A stretch of 64,000 nucleotides of DNA from the human T2T-CHM13v2.0 reference genome, Homo sapiens (GCF_009914755.1 NC_060933.1); one strand, 5' to 3'; numbered from the stretch's first letter, positions 41,701 through 57,200 are shown. The notes: generated by a model not told the origin, from the letters alone. Made by a program: numbers and translations.

Positions 41701-44700
41701 GGGGAATGGAATGGAATGGAATGCAATGGAATGGAATCATCCGGAATGGAATGGAATGGAATGGAATGCAAAGCAATGGAATCAACTCGATTGCAATGGA
41801 ATGGAATGGAATGGAAAGGAATACATTGGAATCAACCCGAGTGGAATGGAATGGAAAGGACTGGAATGGAGTGGAATGGAATGGAATGGAATGGAATGGA
41901 ATGGAATGGAATGGAATCAACTCGATTGGAATGGAATGGAATCGAATGGAATGGAATGGAATGGAATGGAATTAACCCGAATAGAATGGAATGGAATGGA
42001 ATGGAACGGAACGGAACGGAATGGAATGGAATGGAATGGAATGGAATGGAATGGAATGGAATGGAAACAACCCGACAGCAGGGGAATGGAATGGAATGGA
42101 ATGGAAACAACCCGACTGCAAGGGAATGGAATGGAATGGAATGCAAAGGAATGGATTCAAATTGAATGAAATGGAAAGAATGGAATCAACACGAGTGGAA
42201 TGGCATGGATTGGAATGGAATGGAATGGAATCAACCCGAGTACAGGGGAATGGAATGGAATGGAATGCAATGGAATGGAATCATCCATAATGGAATGGAA
42301 AGGAATGGAATGGAATGGAATGGAATCAACTCGATTGCAATCGAACGGAATGGAATGGAATTAACCCGAAGAGAATGGAATGGAATGGAATGGAACGGAA
42401 CGGAACGGAATGGAATGGATTGGAATGGAATGGAATGGAATGGAATGGAACGGAAAGGAATGGAATGGAATGGAATGGAATGGAATGGAATGGAATGGAA
42501 TGGAATGGAATCAACGCGAGTGCAGGGGAATGGAATGGAATGGAATGCAATGGAATGGAATCTTCCGGAATGGAATGGAATGGAATGCAATGGAATGGAA
42601 TGGAATGGAATCAACCCGAGTGCAATTGAAAGGAGTGGAATGGAATGGAATGGAATGGAACAACCCGAATGGAATGGAATGTAATGGAGAGTAAGGGAGT
42701 TGAATAGAATCAATCCGAATGTAATGGAATGGAATGCAACGGAATGGAATGGAATGGAATGGAATGGAATGGAATGGAATTGAATCAACCCGAGTACAAT
42801 GGAATAGAATGGAATGGAATGGAATGCAATGGAATGGAATAGAATGATACGGAATAAAATGGAATGGAACGAAATGGAATGGAATGGAATGGAATGGAAT
42901 GGAATGGAATGGAATGGAATGGAATCAACCCGAGTGCAGGGGAATGGAATTGAATGGAATGCAATGGAATGGAATCATCCGGAATGGAATGGAATGGAAT
43001 GGAATGCAAAGCAATGGAATCAACTCGATTGCAATGGAATGGAATGGAATGGAAAGGAATACATTGGAATCAACCCGAGTGGAATGGAATGGAAAGGACT
43101 GGAATGGAGTGGAATGGAATGGAATGGAATGGAATGGAATCAACTCGATTGGAATGTAATGGAATGGAATGGAATGGAATTAACCCGAATAGAATGGAAT
43201 GGAATGGAATGCAACGGAACGGAATGGAATGGAATGGAATGGAATGGAATGGAATGGAATGGAATGGAATCAACCCGACTGCAGGGGAATGGAATGGAAT
43301 GGAAGGCAATGGAATGGATTCAACTTGAATGGAATGGAAAGAATGGAATCAACACGAGTGGAATGGCATGGATTGGAATGGAATGGAATGGAATCAACCC
43401 GAGTACAGGGGAATGGAATGGAATGGAATGCAATGGAATGGAATCATCCGTAATGGAATGGAAAGGAATGGAATGGAATGGAATGGAATGGAATGGAATC
43501 AACTCGATTGCAATCGAATGGAATGGAATGGAATTAACCCGAATAGAATGGAATGGAATGGAATGGAATGGAACGGAACGGAACGGAACGGAACGGAGTG
43601 GAATGGAATGGAATGGAATTGTATGGAATGGAATGGCATGGTACGGAATAGAATGGAATGGAAAGAATTGGAATGGAATGGAATCGAATGGAATGGAATG
43701 GAATCAACCCGAGTGCAGGGGAATGTAATGGAACGGAATGCAATGGAATGGAATCATCCGGAATGGAATGGATTAGAATGGAATGGAATGGAATGGAATA
43801 GAATGGAATCAACCCGAGTGCAATGGAATGGAGTGGAATGGAATGGAACAACCAGAATGGAATGGAATGTAATGGAGAGTAAGGGAGTTGAATAGAATCA
43901 ATCCGAATGTAATGAAATGGAACGGAATGGAATGGAATGGAATGGAATGGAATGGAATGGAATGGAATGCAATGGAATGGAATCAACCCGAGTACAATGG
44001 AACGGAATGGAATGGAATGGAATGGAATGGAATGGAATGGAATGGAATGGAATGGAATGGAATGGAATCAACCCGAGTGCAATGGAATGGAGAGGAATGG
44101 AATGGAATGGAATGGAAACTACCCGAATGGAATGGAATGTAATGGAGTGTAAGGGAATTGAATAGAATCAATCCGAATGTAATGGAATGGAATGGAACGG
44201 AATGGAATGGAATGGAATGGAATGGAATGGAATGGAATGGAATGCAATGGAATGGAATCAACCCGAGCGCAATCGAATGGAATCGAATGGAATGGAATGC
44301 AATGGAATGGATTCAACTTGAATGGAATGGAAAGAATGGAATCAACACGAGTGGAATGGCATGGATTGGAATGGAATGGAATGGAATCAACCCGAGTACA
44401 GGGGAATGGAATGGATTGCAATGCAATGGAATGGAATCATCCGTAATGGAATGGAAAGGAATGGAATGGAATGGAATGGAATGGAATGGAATGGAATCAA
44501 CTCGATTGCAATCGAATGGAATGGGATGGAATTAACCCGAATAGAATGGAATGGAATGGAACGGAACGGAACGGAACGGAATGGAATGGAATGGAATGGA
44601 ATGGAATGGAACGGAACGGAATGGAATGGAATGGAATGGAATGGAATCAACGCGAGTGCAGGGGAATGGAATGGAATGGAATGCAATGGAATGGAATCTT

Positions 44701-47700
44701 CCGGAATGGAATGGAATGGAATGGAATGGAATGAAATGCAATGGATTCAACTCGATTGCAATGGAATGGAATAGAATGGAATGGAATGGAATGGAATGGA
44801 ATTAATTCGAATAGAATGGAATGGAATGGAATGGAACGGAATGGAACGGAATGGAATGGAATGCAATGGAATGGAATGGAATGGTACGGAATAGAATGGA
44901 ATGGAACGAATTGTAATGGAATGGAATGGAATGGAATGGAATGGAATGGAATGGAAAGGAATCAACGCGAGTGCAGGGGAATGTAATAGAACGGAATGCA
45001 ATGGAATGGAATCATCCGGAATGGAATGGAATGGAATGGAATGGAATGGAATGGAATGGAATGGAATGGAATCAACCCGAGTGCAATGGAATGGAGTGGA
45101 ATGGAATGGAATGGAATGGAACAACCCGAATGGAATGGAATGTAATGGAGAGTAAGGGAGTTGAATAGAATCAATCCGAATGTAATGGAATGGAATGCAA
45201 CGGAATGGAATGGAATGGAATGGAATGGAATGCAATGGAATTGAAACAACTCGAGTACAATGGAATGGAATGGAATGGAATGGAATGGAATGGAATGGAA
45301 TGGAATGGAATGATACGGAATAGAATGGAATGGAACGAAATGGAATGGAATGGAATGGAATGGAATGGAATGGAATCGTTCCGAGTTGAATAGGAGGGAA
45401 TGTATTCGAGTGGAATGGAAAGGAATGGAATCAACCAGAGTGGAATGGAAGGGAATGGAATGGAATGGAAACTAATAGAATGGAATCAACCCGAGAGGAA
45501 TGGAATGGAAAGGACTGGAATGGAATGGAATGGAATGGAATCAACTCGATTGTAATGGAATGGAATGGAATGGAATGGAATGGAATTAACCCGAATACAA
45601 TGCAATGGAATGGAATGGAACGGAATGGAGTGGAGTGGAATGGAATCAACCCGAGTGCAGGGGAATGGAATGGAATGGAATGCAATGGAATGGAATCATC
45701 CGGAATGGAATGGAATTGAATGGAATGCAAAGCAATGGAATCAACTCGATTGCAATGGAATGGAATGGAATGGAAAGGAATACATTGGAATCAAACCGAG
45801 TGGAATGGAATGGAAAGGACTGGAATGGAGTGGAATGGAATGGAATGGAATGGAATGGAATCAACTCGATTGGAATGGAATGGAATGGAATGGAATGGAA
45901 TTAACCCGAATAGAATGGAATGGAATGGAATGGAACGGAACGGAATGAAATGGAATCGAATGGAATGGAATGGAATGGAATGGAAACAACCCGACTGCAG
46001 GGGAATGGAATGGAATGGAATGCAATGGAATGGATTCAACTTGAATGGAATGGAAAGAATGGAATCAACACGGGTGCAATGGCATGGATTGGAATGGAAT
46101 GGAATGGAATCAACCCGAGTACAGGGGAATGGAATGGAATGGAATGCAATGGAATGGAATCATCCGTAATGGAATGGAAAGGAATGGAATGGAATGGAAT
46201 GGAATGGAATGGAATCAACTCGATTGCAATCGAATGGAATGGAATGGAATTAACCCGAATAGAATGGAATGGAATGGAATGGAACGGAACGGAACGGAAT
46301 GGAATGGAATGGAATGGAATGGAACGGAAAGGAACGGAATGGAATGGATTGGAATGGAATGGAATGGAATGGAATGGAATGGAATGGAATGGAACGGAAA
46401 GGAATGGAATGGAATGGAATGGAATGGAATGGAATGGAATCAACGCGAGTGCAGGGGAATCGAATGGAATGGAATGCAATGGAATGGAATCTTCCGGAAT
46501 GGAATGGAATGGAATGGAATGGAATGGAATCAACCCGAGTGCAATGGAATGGAGTGGAATGGAATGGAATGGAATGGAACAACCCGAATGGAATGGAATG
46601 TAATGGAGAGTAAGGGAGTTGAATAGAATCAATCCGAATGGAATGGAATGGAATGGAACGGAATGGAATTGAATGGAATGGAATGGAATGCAATGGAATG
46701 GAATCAACCCGAGTGCAATGGAATGGAGAGGAATGGAATGGAATGGAATGGAAACTACCCGAATGGAATGGAATGTAATGGAGTGTAAGGGAAATGAATA
46801 GAAACAATCCGAATGTAATGGAATGGAATGGAACGGAATGGAATGGAATGGAATGGAATGGAATGCAATGGAATGCAATGGAATGGAATCAACCCGAGTG
46901 CAATCGAATGGAATCGAATGGAATGGAATGCAATGGAATGGATTCAACTTGAATGGAATGGAAAGAATGGAATCAACACGAGTGGAATGGCATGGATTGG
47001 AATGGAATGGAATGGAATCAACCCGAGTACAGGGGAATGGAATGGAATGGAATGCAATGGAATGGAATCATCCGTAAAGGAATGGAAAGGAATGGAATGG
47101 AATGCAATGGAATGGAATGCAATGGAATGGAATGGAAACAACTCGATTGCAATCGAATGGAATGGAATGGAATTAACCCGAATAGAATGGAATGGAATGG
47201 AATGGAACGGAACGGAATGGAATGGAATGGAATGGAATGGAATGGAACGGAACGGAATGGAATGGAATGGAATGGAATGGAATGGAAAGGAAAGGAAGAG
47301 AATGGAATGGAATAGAATGGAATGGAATGGAATCAACGCGAGTGCAGGGGAATGGAATGGAATGGAATGCAATGGAATGGAATCTTCCGGAATGGAATGG
47401 AATGGAATGGAATGGAATGGAATGGAATCAACCCGAGTGCAATGGAATGTAGTGGAATGGAATGGAATGGAATGGAACAACCCGAATGGATTGGAATGTA
47501 ATGGATAGTAAGGGAGTTGAAAAGAATCAATCCGAATGTAATGGAATGGAAAGGAACGGAATGGAATGGAATGGAATGGTATGGAATGCAATGGAATGGA
47601 ATCAACCCGAGTACAATGGAATGGAATGGAATGGAATGGAATGGAATGGAATGGAATGGAATGCAATGGAATGCAATGGAATGGAATCTTCCGGAATGGA

Positions 47701-50700
47701 ATGGAATGGAATGCAATGGAATGGAATGGAATGGAATGCAATGGATTCAACTCGATTGCAATGGAATGGAATGGAATGGAACGGAATGGAATGGAATGGA
47801 ATGGAATTAAACCGAATAGACTGGAACGGAATGGAGTGGAACGGAACAGAACGGAACGGAACGGAACGGAGTGGAATGGAATGGAATGGAATTGTATGGA
47901 ATGGAATGGAATGGTACGGAATAGAATGGAATGGAAAGAATTGGAATGGAATGGAATCGTATGGAATGGAATGGAATGGAATGGAATCAACCCGAGTGCA
48001 GGGGAATGTAATGGAACGGAATGCAATGGAATGGAATCATCCGGAATGGAATGGAATGGAATGGAATGGAATGGAATGGAATGGAATGGAATCAACCCGA
48101 GCGCAATGGAATGGAGTGGAATGGAATGGAATGGAGTGGAACAACCCGAATGGAATGGAATGTAATGGAGAGTAAGGGAGTGGAATAGAAACAATCCGAA
48201 TGTAATGGAATGGAACGGAATGGAATGGAATGGAATGGAATGGAATGGAAGGGAATGCAATGGAATGGAATCAACCCGAGTACAATGGAACGGAATGGAA
48301 TAGAATGGAATGGAATGGAATGGAATGGAATGGAATGGAATGGAATCAACCCGAGTGCAATGGAATGGAGAGGAATGGAATGGAATGGAATGGAAACTAC
48401 CCGAATGGAATGGAATGGAATGGAATGTAAGGGAATTGAATAGAATCAATCCGAATGGAATGGAATGGAATGGAACGGAATGTAATGGAATGGAATGGAA
48501 TGGAATCAACCCGAGTGCAGGGGAATGGAATGGAATGGAATGCAATGGAATGGAATCATCCGGAATGGAATGGAATGGAATGCTATGGAATGGAATGGAA
48601 TGGAATCAACCCGAGTGCGAATGAATGGAGTGAAATGGAATGGAATGGAATGGAGACAACCAGAATGGATTGGAATATAATGGAGTGTAAGGGAAATGAA
48701 TAGAATCAATCTGAATGTAATGAAATGGAATGGAACGGAATGGAATGGAATGAAATGGAATGGAATGGAATGCAATGGAATGGAATCAACCCGAGTGCAA
48801 TCGAATGGAATCGAATGGAATGGAATGCAATGGAATGGATTCAACTTGAATGGAATGGAAAGAATGGAATCAACACGAGTGGAATGGCATGGATTCGAAT
48901 GGAATGGAATGGAATCAACCCGAGTATAGGGGAATGGAATGGTATGGAATGCAATGGAATGGAATCATCCGTAATGGAATGGAAAGGAATGGAAAGGAAT
49001 GGAATGGAATGGAATGGAATGGAATGGAATCAACTCGATTGCAATCGAATGGAATGGAATGGAATTAACCCGAATAGAATGGAATGGAATGGAATGGAAT
49101 GGAACGCAACGGAATGGAATGGAATGGAATGGAATGGAATGGAATGGAATGGAACGGAACGGAATGGAATGGAATGGAATGGAATGGAATGGAATGGAAT
49201 CAACGCGAGTGCAGGGGAATGGAATGGAATGGAATGGAATGCAATGGAATGGAATCTTCCGGAATGGAATGGAATGGAATGGAATGGAATGGAATGGAAT
49301 GAAATGCAATGGATTCAACTCGATTGCAATGGAATGGAATAGAATGGAATGGAATGGAATGGAATGGAATTAATTCGAATAGAATGTAATGGAATGGAAT
49401 GGAACGGAATGGAACCGAATGGAATGGAATGGAATGGAATGGAATGGTATGGAATGGAATGGAATGGTACGGAATAGAATGGAATGGAACGAATTGTAAT
49501 GGTATGGAATTGAATGGAATGGAATGGAATGGAATGGAATCAACGCGAGTGCAGGGGAATGTAATGCAACGGAATGCAATGGAATGGAATCATCCGGAAT
49601 GGAATGGAATGGAATGGAATGGAATGGAATCAACCCGAGTGCAATGGAATGGAGTGGAATGGAATGGAATGGAATGGAAAAACCCGAATGGAATGGAATG
49701 TAATGGAGAGTAAGGGAGTTGAATAGAATCAATCAGAATGTAATGGAATGGAATGCAACGGAATGGAATGGAATGGAATGGAATGGAATGGAATGGAATG
49801 GAATGCAATGGAATGGAATCAACCCGAGTACAATGGAATGGATTGGAATGGAATGGAATGGAATGGAATGGAATGGAATGATACGGAATAGAATGGAATG
49901 GAAAGAAATGGAATGGAATGGAATGGAATGGAATGGAATGGAATGGAATCGAATGGAATGGAATCGTTCTGAGTGGAATAGGAGGGAATGTATTCGAGTG
50001 GAATGGAAAGGAATGGAAAAAACCTGAGTGGAATGGAAGGGAATGGAATGGAATGGAAACTAATAGAATGGAATCAACCCGAGAGGAATGGAATGGAAAG
50101 GACTGGAATGGAATGGAATGGAATGGAATCAACTCGATTGTAATGGAATGGAATGGAATGCAATGGAATTAACCCGAATACAATGTAATGGAATGGAATG
50201 GAACGGAATGGAGTGGAATCGAATGGAATCAACCCGAGTGCAGGGGAATGGAATGGAATGGAATGCAATGGAATGGAATCATCCGGAATGGAATGGAATG
50301 GAATGGAATGCAAAGCAATGGAATCAACTCGATTGCAATGGAATGGAATGGAATGGAAAGGAATACATTGGAATCAACACGAGTGGAATGGAATGGAAAG
50401 GACTGGAATGGAGTGGAATGGAATGGAATGGAATGGAATGGAATGGAAACAACTCGATTGGAATGGAATGGAATGGAATGGAATGGAATGGAATTAATCC
50501 GAATAGAATGGAATGGAATGGAATGGAACGGAATGGAATGGAATGGAATGGAATGGAATGGAATGGAATGGAAACAACCCGACTGCAGGGGAATGGAATG
50601 GAATGGAATGCAATGGAATGGATTCAACTTGAATGGAATGGAAAGAATGGAATCAACACGAATGGAATGGCATGGATTGGAATGGAATGGAATGGAATAA

Positions 50701-53637
50701 ACACGAGTACAGGGGAATGGAATGGAATGGAATGCAATGGAATGGAATCATCCGTAATGGAATGGAAAGCAATGGAATGGAATGGAATGGAATGGAATGG
50801 AATGGAACTCAACTCGATTGCAATCGAATGGAACGGAATGGAATTAACCAGAATAGAATGGAGTGGAATGGAATGGAATGGAACGGAACGGCATGGAATG
50901 GAATGGAAGGGAATGGAATGGAATGGAACGGAACAGAACGGAATGGATGGAATGGAATGGAATGGAATGGAATGGAATCAACGCGAGTGCAGGGGAATGG
51001 AATGGAGTGGAATGCAATGGAATGGAATCTTCCGGAATGGAATGGAATGGAATGGAATGGAATGAACTGCAATGGATTCAACTCGATTGCAATGGAATGG
51101 AATAGAATGGAATGGAATGGAATGGAATGGAATTAACCCGAATAGAATGGAATGGAATGGAATGGAACGGAATGGAACGGAATGGAATGGAATGGAATGG
51201 AATGGAATGGTATGGAATGGAATGGAATGGTACTGAATAGAATGGAATGGAACGAATTGTAATGGAATGGAACTGAATGGAATGGAATGGAATGGAATGG
51301 AATCAACGCGAGTGCAGGGGAATGTAATGGAACGGAATGCAATGGAATGGAATCATCCGGAATGGAATGGAATGGAATGGAATGGAATGGAATGAAATCA
51401 ACCCGAGTGCAATGGAATGGAGTGGAATGGAATGGAATGGAATGGAACAACCCGAATGGAATGGAATGTAATGGAGAGTAAGGGAGTTGAATAGAATCAA
51501 TCCGAATGTAATGGAATGGAATGCAACGGAATGGAATGGAATGGAATGGAATGGAATGGAATGGAATGGAATGGAATGGAATGCAAAGGAATGGAATCAA
51601 CCCGAGTGGAATGGCATGGAATGGAATGCAATGGAATGGAATGGAATGGAATCAACTCGAGTGGAAAGGAATGGAATGGAATGGAATGGAATGGAATGGA
51701 ATTCAATGACATGGAATCAACCCGAGTGCAATAGAATGGAATCGAATGGAATGGAATGCAATGGAATGGATTCAACTTGAATGGAATGGAAAGAATGGAA
51801 TCAACACGAGTGGAATGGCATGGATTGGAATGGAATGGAATGGAATCAACCCGAGTACAGGGTAATGGAATGGAATGGAATGCAATGGAATGGAATCATC
51901 CGTAATGGAATGGAAAGGAATGGAATGGAATGGAATGGAATAGAATGGAATGGAATGGAATGGAATCAACTCGATTGCAATCGAATGGAATGGAATGGAA
52001 TTAACCCGAATAGAATGGAATGGAATGCAACGGAACGGAATGGAATGGAATGGAATGGAACGGAACGGAACGGAATGGAATGGAATGGAATGGAATCAAC
52101 GCGAGTGTAGGGGAATGGAATGGAATGCAATGGAATGGAATCTTCCGGAATGGAATGGAATGGAATGGAATGGAATGAAATGCAATGGATTCAACTCGAT
52201 TGCAATGGAATGGAATAGAATGTAATGGAATGGAATGGAATGGAATTAATCCGAATAGAATGGAATGGAATGGAATGGAACGGAATGGAACGGAATGGAA
52301 TGGAATGGAATGGAATGGTATGGAATGGAATGGAATGGTACGGAATAGAATGGAATGGAACGAATTGTAATGGAATTGAATTGAATGGAATGGAATGGAA
52401 TGGAATGGAATCAACGCGATTGCAGGGGAATGTAATGGAACGGAATGCAATGGAATGGAATCATCCGGAATGGAATGGAATGGAATGGAATGGAATGGAA
52501 TGGAATCAACCCGAGTGCAATGGAATGTAATGGAGAGTAAGGGAGTTGAATAGAATCAATCCGAATGTAATGGAATGCAATGTAACGGAATGGAATGGAA
52601 TGGAATGGAATGGAAAGGAATGGAATGGAATGCAATGGAATTGAATCAACCCGAGTACAATGGAATGGAATGGAATGGAATGGAATGGAATGGAATCGAA
52701 TGGAATGATACGGAATAGAATGGAATGGAACGAAATGGAATGGAATGGAATGGAATGGAATGGAATCGTTCTGAGTGGAATAGGAGGGAATGTATTCGAG
52801 TGGAATGGAAAGGAATGGTATCAACCAGAGTGGAATGGAAGGGAATGGAATGGAATGGAAACTAATAGAATGGAATCAACCCGAGTGGAATGGAATGGAA
52901 AGGACTGGAATGGAATGGAATGGAATGGAATCAACTCGATTGTAATGGAATGGAATGGAATGGAATGGAATGGAATTAACCCGAATACAATGGAATGGAA
53001 TGGAATGGAACGGAATGGAGTAGAATGCAATGGAATCAACCCGAGTGCAGGGGAATGGAATGGAATGGAATGCAATGGAATGGAATCATCCGGAATGGAA
53101 TGGAATGGAATGGAATGCAAAGCAACGGAATCAACTCGATTGCAATGGAATGGAATGGAATGGAAAGGAATAAATTGGAATCAACCCGAGTGGAATGGAA
53201 TGGAAAGGAGTGGAATGGAGTGGAATGGAATGGAATGGAATGGAATGGAATCAACTCGATTGGAATGGAATGGAATGGAATGGAATGGAATGGAATGGAA
53301 TGGAATGGAATCAACCCGAGTACAATGGAATGGAGTGGAATGGAATGGAATGGAATGGAACAACCCGAATGGAATGGAATGTAATGGAGAGTAAGGGAGT
53401 TGAATAGAATCAATCCGAATGTAATGGAATGGAATGGAACGGAATGGAATTGAATGGAATGGAATGGAATGCAATTGAATGGAATCAACCCGAGTGCAAT
53501 GCAATGGAGAGGAATGGAATGGAATGGAATGGAAACTACCCGAATGGAATGGAATGTAATGGAGTGTAAGGGAATTGAATAGAATCAATCCGAATGTAAT
53601 GGAATGGAATGGAACGGAATGGAATGGAATGGAATGC
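29764..53637 (+). repeat. Right copy (23,852-bp unit; segments A'+C+B') of the large tandem duplication
   Basis: Shares private markers with the left copy: GCCTTCAAACCG, CTTCCGGATGAAAT, ACCTTAGTAC, CTACTCCATT, GTTGATTAGA, CAACACGGGTGC, GAGTGCGAATGAAT, TTCAATGACATGG and GGTACTGAAT. It carries an additional 6,826 bp at ~35946-42751. Confidence 0.92.
35946..42751 (+). repeat. Segment C: HSat3 present only in the right copy of the 23.85-kb duplication
   Basis: The offset jumps from 16996 to 23822 across 18930-18949, a difference of 6826 bp. Private markers in C (CAGGCGAAT, CAACAAGAG, CAATCCTAAT, GCTACGG, GAGTACGGGAG) were not seen in the left copy. Confidence 0.88.
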
Positions 53638-54258
53638 AATGGAATGGAATGGAATGCAATGGAATGGAATCAACACGAGTGCAATCGAATGGAATCGAAT
53701 GGAATGGAATGCAATGGAATGGATTCAACTTGAATGGAATGGAAAGAATGGAATCAACACGAGTGGAATGGCATGGATTGGAATGGAATGGAATGGAATC
53801 AACCCGAGTACAGGGGAATGGAATGGAATGGAATGCAAAGCAATGGAATCATCCGTAATGGAATGGAAAGGAATGGAATGGAATGGAATGGAATGGAATG
53901 GAATCAACTCGATTGCAATCGAATGGAATGGAATGGAATTAAACCGAATAGAATGGAATGGAATGGAATGGAACGGAACGGAATGGAATGGAATGGAATG
54001 GAACGGAACGGAACGGAATGGATGGAATGGAATGGAATGGAATGGAATGGAATCAACGCGAGTGCAGGGGAATGGAATGGAATGGAATGCAATGGAATGG
54101 AATCTTCCGGAATGGAATGGAATGGAATGGAATGGAATGAAATGCAATGGATTCAACTCGATTGCAATGGAATGGAATGGAATGGAATGGAATGGAATGG
54201 AATTAACCCGCATAGAATGGAATGGAATGGAATGGAATGGAATGGAATGGAATTAATT

Positions 54259-57200
54259 CGAATAGAATGGAATGGAATGGAATGGAACGGAATGGAACAG
54301 AATATAATGGTACGGAATAGAATGGAATGGAACGAATTGTAATGGAATGGAATTGAATGGAATGGAATGGAATGGAATGGAATCAACGCGAGTGCAGGGG
54401 AATGTAATGGAACGGAATGCAATGGAATGGAATCATCCGGAATGGAATGGAATGGAATGGAATGGAATGGAATCAACCCGAGTGCAATGGAATGGAGTGG
54501 AATGGAATTGAATGGAATGGAACAACCCGAATGGAATGGAATGTAATGGAGAGTAAGGGAGTTGAATAGAATCAATCCGAATGTAATGGAATGGAATGCA
54601 ACGGAATGGAATTGAATGGAATGGAATGGAATGTAATGGAATTGAATCAACCCGAGTACAATGGAATGGAATGGAATGGAATGGAATGGAATGGAATGGA
54701 ATGGAATGGAATGATACGGAATAGAATGGAATGGAACGAAATGGAATGGAATGGAATGGAATGGAATGGAATGGAATCGTTCTGAGTGGAATAGGAGGGA
54801 ATGTATTCGAGTGGAATGGAAAGGAATGGAAAAATCCTGAGTGGAATGGAAGGGAATGGAATGGAATAGAAACTAATAGAATGGAATCAACCCGAGAGGA
54901 ATGGAATGGAAAGGACTGGAATGGAATGGAATGGAATGGAATCAACTCGATTGTAATGGAATTGAATGGAATGGAATGGAATGGAATGGAATTAACCCGA
55001 ATAGAATGGAATGGAATGGAATGGAACGGAATGGAACGGAATGGAATGGAATGGAATGGAATGGAATGGAAAGGTATGGAATGGAATGGAATGGTAAGGA
55101 ATAGAATGGAATGGAAAGAATTGTAATGGAATGGAATTGAATGGAATGGAATGGAATGGAATGGAATCAACGCGAGTGCAGGGGAATGTAACGGAACGGA
55201 ATGCAATGGAATGGAATCATCCGGAATGGAATGGAATGGAATGGAATGGAATGGAATCAACCCGAGTGCAATGGAATGGAGTGGAATGGAATGGAATGGA
55301 ATGGAACAACCCGAATGGAATGGAATGTAATGGAGAGTAAGGGAGTTGAATAGAATCAATCGGAATGTAATGGAATGGAATGCAACGGAATGGAATGGAA
55401 TGGAATGGAATGGAATGGAATGGAATGCAATGGAATTGAATCAACCCGAGTGCAATAGAATGGAATCGAAAGGAATGGAATGCAATGGAATGGATTCAAC
55501 TTGAATGGAATGGAAAGAATGGAATCAACACGAGTGGAATGGCATGGATTGGAATGGAATGGAATGGAATCAACCCGAGTACAGGGGAATGGAATGGAAT
55601 GGAATGCAATGGAATGGAATCATCCGTAATGGAATGGAAAAGAATGGAATGGAATGGAATGGAATGGAATGGAATGGAATGGAATCAAACTCGATTGCAA
55701 TCGAATGGAATGGAATGGAATTAACCCGAATAGAATGGAATGGAATGGAATGGAATGGAACGGAACGGAATGGAATGGAATTGAATGGAATGGAACGGAA
55801 CGGAATGGAATGGAATGGAATGGAATGGAATGGAATCAACGCGAGTGCAGGGGAATGGAATGGAATGGAATGCAATGGAATGGAATCTTCCGGAATGGAA
55901 TGGAATGGAATGAAATGCAATGGATTCAACTCGATTGCAATGGAATGGAATAGAATGGAATGGAATGGAATGGAATGGAATTAATCCGAATAGAATGGAA
56001 TGGAATGGAATGGAACGGAATGGAACGGAATGGAATGGAATGGAATGGAATGGAATGGAATGGTATGGAATGGAATGGAATGGTATGGAATAGAATGGAA
56101 TGGAACGAATTGTAATGGAATGGAATTGAATGGAATGGAATGGAATGGATTGGAATCAACGCGAGTGCAGGGGAATGTAATGGAACGGAATGCAATGGAA
56201 TGTAATCATCCGGAATGGAATGGAATGGAATGGAATGGAATGGAATGGAATGGAATCAACCCGAGTGCAATGGAATGTAATGGAGAGTAAGGGAGTTGAA
56301 TAGAATCAATCCGAATGTAATGGAATGGAATGCAACGGAATGGAATGGAATGGAATGGAATGGAATGGAATGCAATGGAATTGAATCAACCCGAGTACAA
56401 TGGAATGGAATGGAATGGAATGGAATGGAATGGAATGGAATGGAATGGAATGGAATGGAATGGAATGGAATGGAATGATACGGAATAGAATGGAATGGAA
56501 CGAAATGGAATGGAATGGAATGGAATGGAATGGAATGGAATTGAATGGAATGGAATGGAATCGCTCCGAATGGAATAGGAGGGAATGTATTCGAGTGGAA
56601 TGGAAAGGAATGGTATCAACCAGAGTGGAATGGAAGGGAATGGAATGGAATGGAAACTAATAGAATGGAATCAACCCGAGTGGAATGGAATGGAAAGGAC
56701 TGGAATGGAATGGAATGGAATGGAATCAACTCGATTGTAATGGAATGGAATGGAATGGAATGGAATGGAATTAACCCGAATACAATGGAATGGAATGGAA
56801 TGGAACGGAATGGAGTGGAATGGAATGGAATGAACCCGAGTGCAGGGGAATGGAATGGAATGGAATGCAATGGAATGGAATCATCCGGAATGGAATGGAA
56901 TGGAATGGAATGCAAAGCAATGGAATCAACTCGATTGCAATGGAATGGAATGGAATGGAAAGGAATACATTGGAATCAACCCGAGTGGAATGGAATGGAA
57001 AGGACTGGAATGGAGTGGAATGGAATGGAATGGAATGGAATGGAATCAACTCGATTGGAATGGAATGGAATGGAATGGAATGGAATTAACCCGAATAGAA
57101 TGGAATGGAATGGAATGGAACGGAACGGAACGGAATGGAATGGAATGGAATGGAATGGAATGGAATGGAATGGAATGGAATCAACCCGACTGCAGGGGAA

